64,000 bases of DNA, taken from NCBI GenBank assembly GCA_013265495.1, contig MU059403.1, positions 1,812,960 through 1,876,959 of the forward strand, read 5' to 3'. Positions 50,032-61,510 of the stretch are shown here, one piece after another. The notes below the pieces were generated by a model. That model was not told the DNA's origin and did no database searches. It was given only the letters and a program-made list of their open reading frames with translations. Both the position numbers and the translations under genes were made by a program. Positions within the stretch are counted from its first letter, which is position 1; each line of letters begins with the position of its first letter. The stretch is from Vicugna vicugna. Its lineage: Eukaryota.

Positions 50032-50300
50032 TGACACCGGCCCTGGCAGGGGGGTGATGCCGGGCCTGGCAGGGAGGTGACACTGGCCCTGGTGAGGAGG
50101 TGACACCGGCCCTGGCAGGGGGGGTGACACTGGCCCTGGTGAGGAGGTGACACTGGCCCTGGCAGGGGGGGTGACACTGGCCCTGGCAGGGGGGTGACAC
50201 TGGCCCTGGCAGGGGGGTGATGCCGGGCCTGGCAGAGAGGTGACACCAGCCCTGGTGAGGAGGTGACACTGGCCCTGGCAGGGGGGTGACACCGGCCCTG
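50032..50300. repeat. GC-rich minisatellite, 23-24 bp unit, about 11.6 copies (TGACACYGGCCCTGGCAGGGGGG)
   Basis: units start at 50032, 50055, 50078, 50101, 50125, 50148, 50172, 50195, 50218, 50241, 50264 and 50287 (partial). Confidence 0.97.
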
Positions 50301-52286
50301 TGTTGGAGCTGGGGCTGGTCTCCTCTGTGGAGCCTGCAGCAGCCCTGGGGAGCCCTCACTCAGAGCCCATGTGGGGAAAATGGAAGGACTGAGGTCCGAG
50401 AGGCTGGCCCATCACAGACAAACCATGGTCTCTGCCACTGGCTCTGGATTTGTGCATTTGTTTGTTTTGAAATTTAAAGAAAAGAAAAAGTGTATTGAAG
50501 ATCTGAAAACCAATTTCTAAAAGACACACTTTTCCAGATACTGTAGCTACACCAAGCCTTGCATCTGTCACATCAAAACACGGGACTCCGTGTCCCCATG
50601 CGGCCGGCCTGGTGGTGAGAGATGGCGGGCGGGAAGCCCCGGGGCCCCAGCGTCCAAGGCACAGCTGAGGGGGCTCCGGCTTCAGAGCCCGAGCTCCTCC
50701 GTCTCCCTAAGCGTCAGTGTCTGTGATGCACGTTAAACAGCACGCTGCGTGCGTACAACCTACAGACCGAGGAAACAGAGCACCTGAGGAATCACAGAGG
50801 CCACTCATATTATCTCAAAGCTGAATGCTTGCTCTATTTGGGGGAGAAAAGCAGGGTTTTGTTGGTTTGTTTGCTCTGCCTCTTGGTAGTCTGGCTGAGC
50901 AAGAACGCAGCAAAATTCTCTATAAAAAACCACACATGGCGCCACCCCCTGTCTAACAAGGCGGAATTCGACCTCCCCAGAGGCCGGCCTCTGCAGGGGG
51001 CGCAAAAGGGGCTGTGGGGGGAGTCCCTGAGGGAGGGGTGCTCACTGGGGCAGCACCCGTCCAGGTCGCCCATCGCCAGCTGGGTCCCCAGACACCCCCT
51101 CTCAGGGCTCCGTGAAGGCAGCAAGCCCAGACTTACAATGGAAACCGCCCCCCTTAACCCCGGTGACGGTCGGACCAAGCGGCCCTGCTGTGAGCCCCGC
51201 CAGGGCTCGCCAGGTGACATGGCTGTCCTCTCCCGGCCGGCCACGCACAGGGGTTTTCATGGCTTCGGCTTCTCATCCCAGCTCGGAGACGCCTTTGGGA
51301 AACCTCCTCCTTCGCTGTGACCCCTTTGTCACGCTACAACGGGCCGTGGTCTGGCGGCTGCGGCCAGCGCCCTGGGGAGGGGGTGACACATCCCGTGTCC
51401 CTCCTCCCTCAGCTCCAGGCACCACTGTTGTCCTCTCTGCTCCTCACAACGCCCCAGCACCAGCCATGCCGCCACGGCTCCTCCCTGCTGGCCCTCCCTC
51501 CCGCCTCGTCTTAAATGGACTGGCTCCCCCAGGCTACCTGCCACCCCCAGCTGTGCCCTCTCTGACCACCCCACAGAGCAGCTCCCACGTCATTGCAGAG
51601 CGCATCGTCCAGTCTGACTCCTCCCCGTGGAGCACATGGTTGAAGGAACTCGTCCAGCACAGAAGGCACCAACATCAAATCCAGAAGAGACGTCTGCTGT
51701 GTCCCCAGCACCAGGACAGGCGCCGGCTGGCCTTCAGACCCGGCTCTGAATAGACAGAGTCCTTCTCCTTCCTGTTTGTCCCGAGTAACTGCTCGAATAC
51801 TCCTTCCAAGCGTAGAAACCATCTTTGACACAATTTTTCAGAACTGAGGAGCTTTCACGTCCTACGGTTTAGATTGTGTCAGCTCAGAAGATCTTGGGCG
51901 CCCTGGGCAGACGCATCCCCGAAGGTGGCCTTCTCCAGTCGAGAGATGTCTGTCCCCCAGGCTTCCTTCTGCCAAGTCCCCGGGTTTGAAATGGGGGAGC
52001 CACACTGCGTCAGTTAACGCACATTGTTCCTAAGCTCTTCCTCTTCTGTCATTTCACAGCCCAGCTACGCCAGGGCCTGGCTTTCAATTCTTAAAGAGCC
52101 AAGGACCATTTTCTCAGACTATTTAAAAGTGAAGCCAGCAGTTTTCTCAGAGTGACGTGGTGTTAGCTCCACGCACACAGACGTTCTTCATTCCAGGTCC
52201 TCGCGACTGGCGAGCCCTCCTGCTCGCCTGTTGCCTCTGGTTGATGAGCAGCAGGAACGTGTGTCATTAGAAAGACGCCTTGCAGA

Positions 52287-52430
52287 GGGGAGGGTACGGC
52301 TCAGTGGCAGAGCGTGTGCTCAGCATGCACGAGGTCCTGGGCTCAGTGCCTGGGGCGCCCATTCAGATAAATAAGCAAATAAACCTCATCGCCTCCCCAC
52401 CCCCAACAGGAGCAAACAAAACACAGACAA
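52287..52430 (+). mobile_element. tRNA-derived SINE, camelid Vic-1-like
   Basis: 'ggggagggtacggctcagtggcagagcgtgtgctcagcatgcacgaggtcctgggctcagtgcc' (A-box plus eroded B-box), then 'ataaataagcaaataaacctcatcgcctcccc' and an A-rich tail. Confidence 0.85.
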
Positions 52431-55269
52431 AACAGTGCCTCCAAGGAGGGGGAAGGAGACGCCTCCTTCCCACAGAGATGTTTATTTGACCCCAGGAACT
52501 TTCATCGCTTAGCGTGTTGAGAAACGCTCGTGCCGATGCCACGCAGCCCCTTGGAAGAACGGACACGCACGTCCTGAAGGGGGCGCAGACACCCCCGTCT
52601 CAGGCGGGCGCGGCAGAGTGCGGCGCGTGGGGCCCCGGGTTCGGCTCAGGCGCAGTCGAGCCTCCCCGGCTCCCGGGCTCCGGAGCCGTTTCTCTTCACG
52701 CTAGTTGTTTAATGGCTCTCAATCTGTTGCTTCATCAGTAGAAAGGGAGACGACAGTGGCTCCCCCTGCACTCCCGGTGACGACTACACACGCTCGGACG
52801 TGAGACGCCCGTGCACGGCGGGGACGGGCTGGGGCCCAGCAACGCTCAGCAAACCCCATCTGACTCAGAGCTCTGCCAAAGGACCTGCTAGTCGGGGCAC
52901 TTATTTCACAACCATAGAATGAGAGGAAAACACACATTACAGATCAACTTACGAAGGCCAGATCTGGCCCCTTATTTTAAGTTGTGCTTTGTCAGATACC
53001 AAATGAGACAAAGCAGTGACCTGCAGAATATCTAGTTGAACCTGGCTCTGCCATGAGATAAAGGGAGATGGGCATACTGATGATTCGAGGCTTAATTTAA
53101 TTAAAGTTAAGTTGTCGTCGGATTATCCACCAGGTAGTTACCACCTTTCCTCCAGAGAGACTCCGCGTCCGGGGTTGCCAGATGCAAACAGACAGACTCA
53201 CACATACGAGCAAAACAGGACGCCCAGTTGAACCTGACTGTCGGACGGACGCCGAATAACCCTGAGACATGCTTACACTACTACCAACAAACCCGCTGTT
53301 TACTCCCACGTGAAGCTGGCCTGGCTGTCCTGCACCTCATCTGTCAAACCCGTGGGCATCCCACGTGGCCCTGGGCGGCCTGCTGGCTTGTGGGGCAGAG
53401 CTCAGCTCACACTGATGGCCTAACTCCAGGCCCAGGGCTGGACCCCACCACAGAGGACAGGTCACCCTCCGTCCCGGGAGTGTAGCTGCCCCCGGAGGTG
53501 CAGGGGGGCTGACCTGCAACCTGCGTTCCTAACAGCCAAGGTAGCAGGACTGTTTGCAATGCTATCTGATTTTTTGTAGCCTAAGTTTAACTCAAGACAA
53601 ATGGAACTCCAAAATGCTGACATAAAAAAGTAGGAAATTATAAAACATTTTTTCCCAATTTTCAAGCCTAGCTGGAAGATTTTAGTTCTCCTCTTTAAAT
53701 GTTTAAAAAAACCCAAGTTCAGATCAGTTCATCCATTTCTTCAGAACAGGACTGTACAGAAAGCCGAAGGAAGAGAGACCACAGAAGCATGTTAACGCGC
53801 ATCACAGATGGGCCTGGGCCCACAAGGCGGGGACGTGGCTTCGCGGCCGCAGCCTCCGCTCCATCGCCCGCCTTGAACTTGACTCTCACACTGTACCTCT
53901 TTCCACTTGGGCTTAAATTACATCTGTTCCAGTACTTTTTAAAAGTGTTCATTTTGATCCTGCAGTGGTTGTTTTTTCAACACAGACATCTAGGTTTTTG
54001 GTTGAACACAGTTAACGTGGCTGCAGGAGTTTTGTTTAACTCTCCTGACTACTGATTTTTTTAAACAAAAAGTTACACAAAAACAGACAGTCTGTGTGTT
54101 CAGCCTTCACATATGTAAACTCACAGGTGAGAAGACATTCTTGAGATAATTTTTAAAAATCAGAAGTAATTAACATCTTCAGAGGTTTCATGAAAATGAT
54201 TTTTTATTAAACCAAAAGGCATTTTTATTTACTCAAGAAGATCAAAGGTTGCTGATCCGGGTTCCTTCGGCCGCCCAGCAAGGTCAGAATTCCCAGCCAA
54301 TGACCCCGCGACTTCCGTGGCCTCCCCTCCCCGCAGCCCCAGCAGCCGGACACCAGGCATCAAGCCCCCTGGCCACTAACCCCAGGCAGGAAAGAAGCCA
54401 CAGAGGAAAACAGATCTGCTGGCAACATTTTCAAGAAGGCAGAAGAGCTTTCCCGCAGCCACAAGCGTCGGCCTCCTCGGCCTTCCACCGGGCACTCGGC
54501 CAACTGACGGGCACTCAGGCGGGCCGCAGAGCCACCCTTCTCTCTCTGCTTTGGATTCCCCTCTCTGGCAAGTTCTTGGAAATGTCTGTCTTATTTTTGA
54601 ATTTTGCCGTCATTCCAATAATAGCTCACTTTCTCCTCTTAAACATTTTTAATATTGTGAAATGTATAAAAAAGGCACAAAGCAAAACTGTCCTCTTCAG
54701 TCTGCTCCCACATTTGCGTCACCACGCGCACCCGGGCCAGCACCCAGCCCCCTCCCAGTTGGGCTCCGGCCTCGCTCGCTGGGGACGTTCGCCACCTTTC
54801 TTTCTCCAATACTAATCCTTTCTTCAGTTTCCTGGGAAAGTTCATCAGCGTGCATCCCTAGAAATGACAGCGCCACCTGCGTTCTGAACTTCATCAGAAC
54901 CAGGCCCTGAAGTTCACAGCCTTCGCACGCCCTCACGTCACGTGCGTGAGGCGCTCCTGCGGCTGGAACCGCGTCCGCTGGGTCCTGTGGCTGGCTCCCG
55001 TCCTCGTCCGTTGTTTCGGCAGCACCTCCTGCGGGGGAAGCGCGGCTGCTGCCCGCGGTGGGTCACGGCCCGCGAGTCCGCTGTGCGTGGCTCCCCAGGC
55101 TCACAGGCACGAGTGGCCACCTGGGGGCGCGGTGGGCGGCCAGGTGTAGATGCCGTCACAGGCAGAGACCGCCCCGGGCCAGCTCCACAGAGGCCGCCCC
55201 GTGCGCTCCCCCAACTGCGAGGACAGGCCTCTGCTCCGCCCTGCTCCTGAGGGGACCTGGCACTGACGG

Positions 55270-56010
55270 CCTTAAGTTGTGGCCATTCTGGTGGCTGTGA
55301 ACAGCTGACTTGATGCACGTTCCTTGATAGTTAGGGAGATGGAACGTCTTTTCGTATGTTTACCGGCCATTCGAGCATCCACATTTGGAGGTTCAAGCCT
55401 CTGACATGATTTTCTTTGCGTTAGTGGCCCCTGCTGTGTTGCCATATGGAGGTTCTTCGGACACTTCGGGTGAGTCCTCTGTCTGTTAACCATGTGTCAA
55501 GCAGTTCCCTCCTCCCCGGGGCTTACCTAGTCACTCGCTCAACGGTTTCCTGATAAACAGAAGTTTTTAATGCACGTGCAGTTCAAACATCGCTTTCCTT
55601 TCTTTTTGGCTGCTGCTAGCTCCCTGATGGAGTTCCCTAACTTCCTCACGCTCAGTCTTCCTTGTTCCTCCGTCTATGTTCGTATTCCAGGCGGTAGGGG
55701 AGCCTGTGAGCGCGGCTTCAGTTGAGTTTTGTAAGTTTCCTTCTGGAATATTTTCCCTGACATTCACTTTATACTAGTTTCTATTTTATACTGTGATTTG
55801 ACTTTCTTTGACATGAGCTATTTGAACGCATACTGTTTAATTTCCAAACACAAGAACATTTCGTGGTCACCCTTTTTACTGACTTCTGGTTTATGCAGTT
55901 GTGGTGCGTCCTCGTGCTTTGTATGAATCCAGTACTTGGAAATCTGGGGGGGCCTGGAGACAGCAGGATTGAGGCAATGGTCCACGTGCGCTTGTAACAC
56001 AACAAAAAAA
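55270..56010 (-). mobile_element. old LINE-1 ORF2 fragments: endonuclease/linker region joined to C-terminal region
   Basis: ORF 55272..55493 ARMAGKHTKRRSISLTIKE...TATRMAT resembles IQMANKHMKRCSTSLIIREM...TPVRMA; ORF 55781..56005 CVWKLNSMRSNSSCQRK resembles the WKLNN.LLNN.WV region. Confidence 0.8.
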
Positions 56011-56249
56011 GTCTCTACAAACAGCATCTCTTTGAAGCTTTATAAAAGCGAGGGTGTTGCCATTACCATTACTCACACTTACAGTGAAGAAATGAAGTGA
56101 GATCACGCTTGTTAAAACCTTGGAAGATGGAAATACGCTTTTGAGTAATTATCGTTGTCATCACTTCAGATTGTGCCATTTCTTGCTCTTCTCTCAGTAT
56201 TAAGTGGTTAAGGAATGCTCTGGGTTGGAATAACTGTGGGGACCTTGGT

Positions 56250-56590
56250 CTTCACTGCCCAGTACGGTGGCCACGAGCCGCACGTGGCTGTCAGACCCTT
56301 GAAACACGGCTTGTTCAAACTGAGATGGGCTGTGAGTGTAGCATACATGCTGGATTTCAAAGACTTCATATGAAAAAAGAGTAAAATGTCGTAATAATTT
56401 TTATTTTAATTATATGTTGGAATAATAAGCTTTTGAACGTACTGGGTTTAATTACAGTTAATTTCATTATTCCTTTCTGTTCCTTTTTACTTTATTAACG
56501 TAACTACTAGCACATTTTAACTCACGTATCTGGCTTGCACTCGTGGCTTACATGGCCCGTCTGGCTACACATTTCCTCTCACAAGGTGCA
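56250..56590 (+). mobile_element. MER33 (hAT-Charlie) non-autonomous DNA transposon
   Basis: 'ctgcccagtacggtggccacgagccgcacgtggct', 'actgagatgggctgtgagtgtagcatacatgctggatttcaaagactt', AT-rich core, 'ttcctttttactttattaacgtaactactag'. Confidence 0.88.
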
Positions 56591-58937
56591 GACATGGGGA
56601 ACGTGGTTCTGACTGAAATCAACCTTTATGTGCAATGAAGTTTAATCTGTTTTAACCACCTGCCTCCCTGCCATTTCCTACATCTGAAAACAGACGAATG
56701 TAACTCAACTTTAATTTACAGCAGTTGTGTATCAAACTGTAGGCGATCAGAAATGGACAGAGTGTCTAAATGTCACGTCGCTTCCCCTGCAGTTTGTGTT
56801 ATGAGGAGCCTGGAAATGGAAGCGATGGGCTGTGTGGGGGCGTCGCTGGACCACGTGTTTTCTGCTTCCTTCCCCGACGTCCTCGTCCCTGCGCGTCCTC
56901 GGGCTCAGACCTGCCGAGGTGCCTTCAGGCGTCCGGTCCACAGGAGGAAGACGGAGGGAGAGGCGTTGTCTTCACAGCCTCCGTCCCCCTCTCGGGAAGG
57001 CGCGTCCTACCCCGTCTTCTGCTTACAGTGCACCGTCCAGAAATGAGGCCTGTGAATGAAAAATACTGCGGCCACACCAGGAAACAAGGACCCTGTGGCC
57101 ACTGAGTCATCAGCAGCTACTGCCCCCGCCCACCTTGTTCCGCCCCCCTCCCCCGACAGCGAGCGGAGGGACCTCAGCACGCAGACCAGCAGGCAGCCGG
57201 CTCTGCAGCGCCCCCAGCGGTGCCCCCGAGGGGGCTCAGGATGGGGAAGCACAGGGCGCTGGGCGGCCAGGTGCACGTCAAAGGAGCGGTTTCAGGGGGC
57301 CAGACCTTTGCGCCTTCCCAGGCACAGAGAAGCACTAAGACCGTCCCCTCGAGGTGTCTGGTTTCCCTTGCTGTTCTGACTGCCTGGTCTCTGCGGCAAA
57401 ACCTCCCACATGTCCTGCCTCCTTGCAGCCGTCCCTCAGCCTTCCGAGGGTCCAGGTCCCGGGCTCCGGGCCTCAGAAAGTCCGCCGAGTGAAACGCGAC
57501 TCTCCGGTCACACGCCGTGCCTCCCGTCTCGGTCGACGGGCCATGGTCCCCACGGTCAGCTGAACAGTGCATGACCTGAAGCCAAGAGTCATTGGCAGAT
57601 TTCCCGAGGGCTCGAGCCCAGGGAAGCCGCCTCTCACGTGGCTCTGAGGGACTGTCCCGAAGGGTAAGAGAGGAGTCAGGATACACTGGGGCTTTTTGTA
57701 ACAAAGACCAGGTAATCGGAAAATCAGAAGTCGACTGTTAATGAAGGAAAACCAGTCACCTCAAGTTAAGGAATTTATGCTCTTCTGGGCGCGGGGGGCG
57801 CAGGAGGCTGGGCCCACGGCAGTCACGTGCGCCTGACTCCAGGGCCAGTGTCCTGTGCGTCCGCACCCCGAGTCCCCTCGGGGGCAAGGTTGTGGGGGTT
57901 GTGGGGCTGCAGGGGCTGAGGGCCGGGCGGTAGGTGGCCTGCACGTCTGCACCCCGAGCTCCCTCCCCTCACCGTCGGGGCAGAGGCAGCAGCTGACGAC
58001 TCGAGGGCCGCAGCGCCCTTGGCGACTGATACAGCAGGAACGTGCTCCCGTCACCCCACGGGCCCAGAGGGAGGCCAGAGGCTGACCTGCGGTGCGGGCA
58101 GTGCACGCGCTCTCCTGCGTGAGGAGCAGGTGCGGGGCCGGGGGCTGCCTGCTTCCCACGCTGTCCTCCAGGGAAGAATGAACATAGGAGTTTGGGTTGG
58201 AAGAGTTGGAAGACAATAGTCTGGAAAAAAAATGATGAAACAAAGCATTTTTCCTAAATTTTTGAAAAATTTTGAGCTTTTATTAAAAGACCCATCATAT
58301 CATTTTACTAAAATATGCTATTTTTAACATGATTATGAATTTTTTTTCTAAGTCTGAAATCCAGGTCAGACAGTTCAGTGTCGTGGAGGCGGTTAGCAGG
58401 ATGTTTTAAACGCAGTTAACAAATACATATATACGCTCACACCTGGGGAAGGAAGGTGCGAGAAGGGAGCTTGAAACCAAACAGCTGTGTCTTCTGGAAG
58501 CAGACGCCCCAGCCTATTTAGTTTCCACGCTGAAGGGAGAAAGCTAGTCCTGTTTTAGCTTCGTGGCTACCTGCCCTGACCCCCCGCCTGGGCGCCCTCC
58601 CCGGTGCCCTCCTCCTCAGGCAGGTGCCCCTGATGGGGTGGAGACGCGGGCACAGCGGAGGATGACAGGGAGTGATCTTCATGGAGACGCGGCAGAGCGG
58701 AGGCACCGCCTCTCGGGCTGGGTGCCAGTGACCACGCGGCTGCAGTCACCCGCCACCTCTGTTCCCGCAGCTGAATGCTCTTCTTTGTGACCCTTGAGAT
58801 ACGCTAGGTCCCCACCCACGAATATGACCCGCAACACAAGGAAAGAACAAAAGAAGCTGAGCCGGCTTCCTGCTTTTGATTGCCTGGTGATGTGGAAAAA
58901 ATTACAAAATTCTTCACATTTTTGGTTAAGGACTCAC

Positions 58938-59021
58938 CACCCACACATTCAGATGTGAATTGATTCTGACCAAGTTAGTTTCAGTGAGTTTCAGTTTATC
59001 CCTGTCTCTTGGGGGAGAGAC
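58938..59021 (-). CDS. candidate 84-nt exon (VSPPRDRDKLKLTETNLVRINSHLNVWV)
   Basis: gtctgttgtag| ... GTG|gtgagt; open only in phase 0. Confidence 0.25.
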
Positions 59022-60894
59022 CTACAACAGACGTTCACACATACATGTCCACACGCACGCAGCACCGCGCGCACCACCCGTGCACACCCCCCACACTGTG
59101 ATTGGAAGCCTGGAGATCACTTACATTTTTGAAGCCATTGCATCTTCAGTGGAATCACAGGGATGCAAGTCAGTCCACGCGTGAGGCCGGCAGGAAAGCC
59201 TCCTGCCTCGTCACCCAAACGCCTCCCCTGCGGACTCGGAGCTCCAGGTCCACGGCGGTTATTCCTGGGAGCCCCTCCCCCGGGGTGAGCATGGGCGTCA
59301 GTTTGGGGGTTTTGCACGAGTTGACAGGGCGTTTAACAAACACTCACATGACCTGTGCAGTGTGTCAGGCAGGGTTCCAAGTGCTAACTGGTGACTCACT
59401 TAATGCCGGTGGTGAACTCGGGGGAGGATGGTGGTCCACGACTGAGGACGAGGACGCTCACGGAGTAGAGCTGCTGCGTGGCTGCCCTGCGGCCACAGCT
59501 GCAGGAGGTGGGCTGGACTCCGAGGCTGTCCTGCCCGCTGGGCTATCCCAAGGTGCCCGGCCCCCGGCTGGCTTGGCCTCTAGGCTGTAGTGACTGCCAG
59601 GCTGGGACCAGAGCTCTTTGGAAAGGCCTGTTGCTCTCCTTTCCCTAAGCACACCCGTAGCCCGGCTCCGTGTCCCTTCACCGATGCCAGGAGGCAGAGG
59701 GTGGGTTCTGCCTGATTGCAAGTGCCTACCTCCCCTTGCCCACGCCGAGGACCCCCTCCCCATTTCTCGTGAGGACACGAAGGCCGGTGGTCCTGTCTCC
59801 ACCCGACCATCACTGCTCTTGTCAAAGACGTACTGACATTCAGCCTCACTCTTCCTTTCTTTTAATTTCTTCCAAAAACCTTCTAAGCTTTGCTGAAGGT
59901 TTTAAGACCGCACTTTGGGAGGACCAGCCTTGCCAGTGCAGGCTGCTTCCGTGTGAAAGCGGGGAGGGGACGGGGAACGTAGGAGGAGAGGGGACATCTC
60001 TGCATGTGAACGTTTCCAACCTCCACCCACAAGCAGACGAACTTGTTCAGATTTTTTCATTAAATGATCCTGTTTCTCTCCTTCTCTTTGTTGGCCAGCA
60101 TCCTGGGTGTTTGCCATGGGCTGTTGGAAAGGGCTCGTGGAAACAGCCAAGACTGGAAACAGCAAAGTGTCCCAAACCAGACTCTGACCTCTAAGCCTTG
60201 TGCCTGAGGAGCCGGTGGGTAGCCCTACAAAGAAGCGTGACATCCGGGCACAGGGCAGCGCCTGCGTGTTCTGGCCGGAAGCTGCGCTTCGCAGTGGGTG
60301 CTTTCCCGTAGGAGGGCCCGTGGTAAGCGCTGGGCTGGGTGGTCGTCCCGGACAGAGCTGCTGGAGCCAGGGGGCATTTTCCCACCAGGCCCAAGTGTCT
60401 CCAGGCCCGGCCCTCAACTGCCCCGTCCTGCACGAGAAAGGAGCTCGGCCGCCTGGTGACAGCGACATGCTGGCAGCTTGGCTTCAGCACAGCACAGCCC
60501 GGTGGCGGGAACACCCAGTTTGCCTCCCGAAGCATGAGGAGTGCCACAGACCCCAAGGCCGCAGGGTCTGCGATGCCGGGAGGGAAAGGCTGGGCCTGAC
60601 GGCTGCTCCGTGTGTGTGTGCGGCGTGTGCAACGAGGTGTGCGACGTGTCACGTGTGTGTGTTTATTTGTTTCAATCAATGGTCCTAACTGGTGAACACT
60701 GGGTGAGCTGGAAGATGCTGGGGACTTACTCCAAGCGCAGCACAAGAGGACAAAAGCACGCTGGAGACTGAGACATTCGCCGAGAGACGCCAGGCAGCCC
60801 TCTCATGGAAGCTCCCGCTGGAGGGAACAGGGCATTGGCTACTGACGCTGGTTAACGCTTTCTGACCCTGAACGACTGTTAGGGGTCGTGTCAG

Positions 60895-60995
60895 TGACCT
60901 CATCTTACAGACGAGTAAACCGAGACAGAGGTCCAGGGTCACGCAGTCGTGAGTGGCAGGTCTGGGATTTAAACCCGGCAATCTGACCCCCAGGG
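60895..60995 (-). mobile_element. MIR SINE core fragment
   Basis: 'ctcatcttacagacgagtaaaccgagacagagg...gggtcacgcagtcgtgagtggcaggtctgggatttaaaccc' is the reverse complement of the MIR core. Confidence 0.8.
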
Positions 60996-61477
60996 GCTGC
61001 CCTCCTTCCAGCACGTCCTTCGCTGTGCGGCACAGCCCTTGGTGCCCAGGGAAGACGCAGGCGCTCGGAGGTCACTGCGTGACCAGCAGTGGGGTGTCTA
61101 TGATGACAGGCACCCAGATGTGGCCTCCTGATTTCTGAATATCCGGATGAAAGTGCTGGGAGCCAGAGGGTACAGGCTAATTCCAAATTCTTTCAGAGAG
61201 AAACAGATTCACTTAAAAGAAATGATACTTCGTTGGCATGAGGTTTCATTGGCTTTGCACAGGGAGTGACCGTGGCGCTCCACGCAGAAGGTTCTGAGCG
61301 GCGACAGGTGTCCTTGCCACCCACACCCCCCGCCTGCACTCACGCAGCGGGAGACAGCGCTCCGGGCATCCGTCAGAGCTCCGTCCACACTGCCACGGCC
61401 CGTCCAAAGACAGGTGCTCCTGACCGTCAGAGACAAGGAAGAATGGAATTAAGATGAACCGGAGAACCCTGTCCACG

Positions 61478-61510
61478 AAGGGGCGTCGAGAGGGGGCGTC
61501 GAGAGGGTCG
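61478..61510. repeat. short tandem repeat (about 13-bp unit GGGGCGTCGAGAG, about 2.5 copies)
   Basis: gaaggggcgtcgagagggggcgtcgagagggtcgtc. Confidence 0.7.

Noticed and set aside
50032-50300. CRISPR-like array, and the repetitive PGPVSPP/CQG ORFs over it
   Set aside because: Units are head-to-tail with no unique spacers, there are no cas genes, and the context is eukaryotic; the ORFs are translations of the minisatellite
52287-52360. tRNA gene
   Set aside because: The tRNA-like head continues into a SINE body and A-rich tail; the B-box is degraded and no cloverleaf acceptor stem is evident
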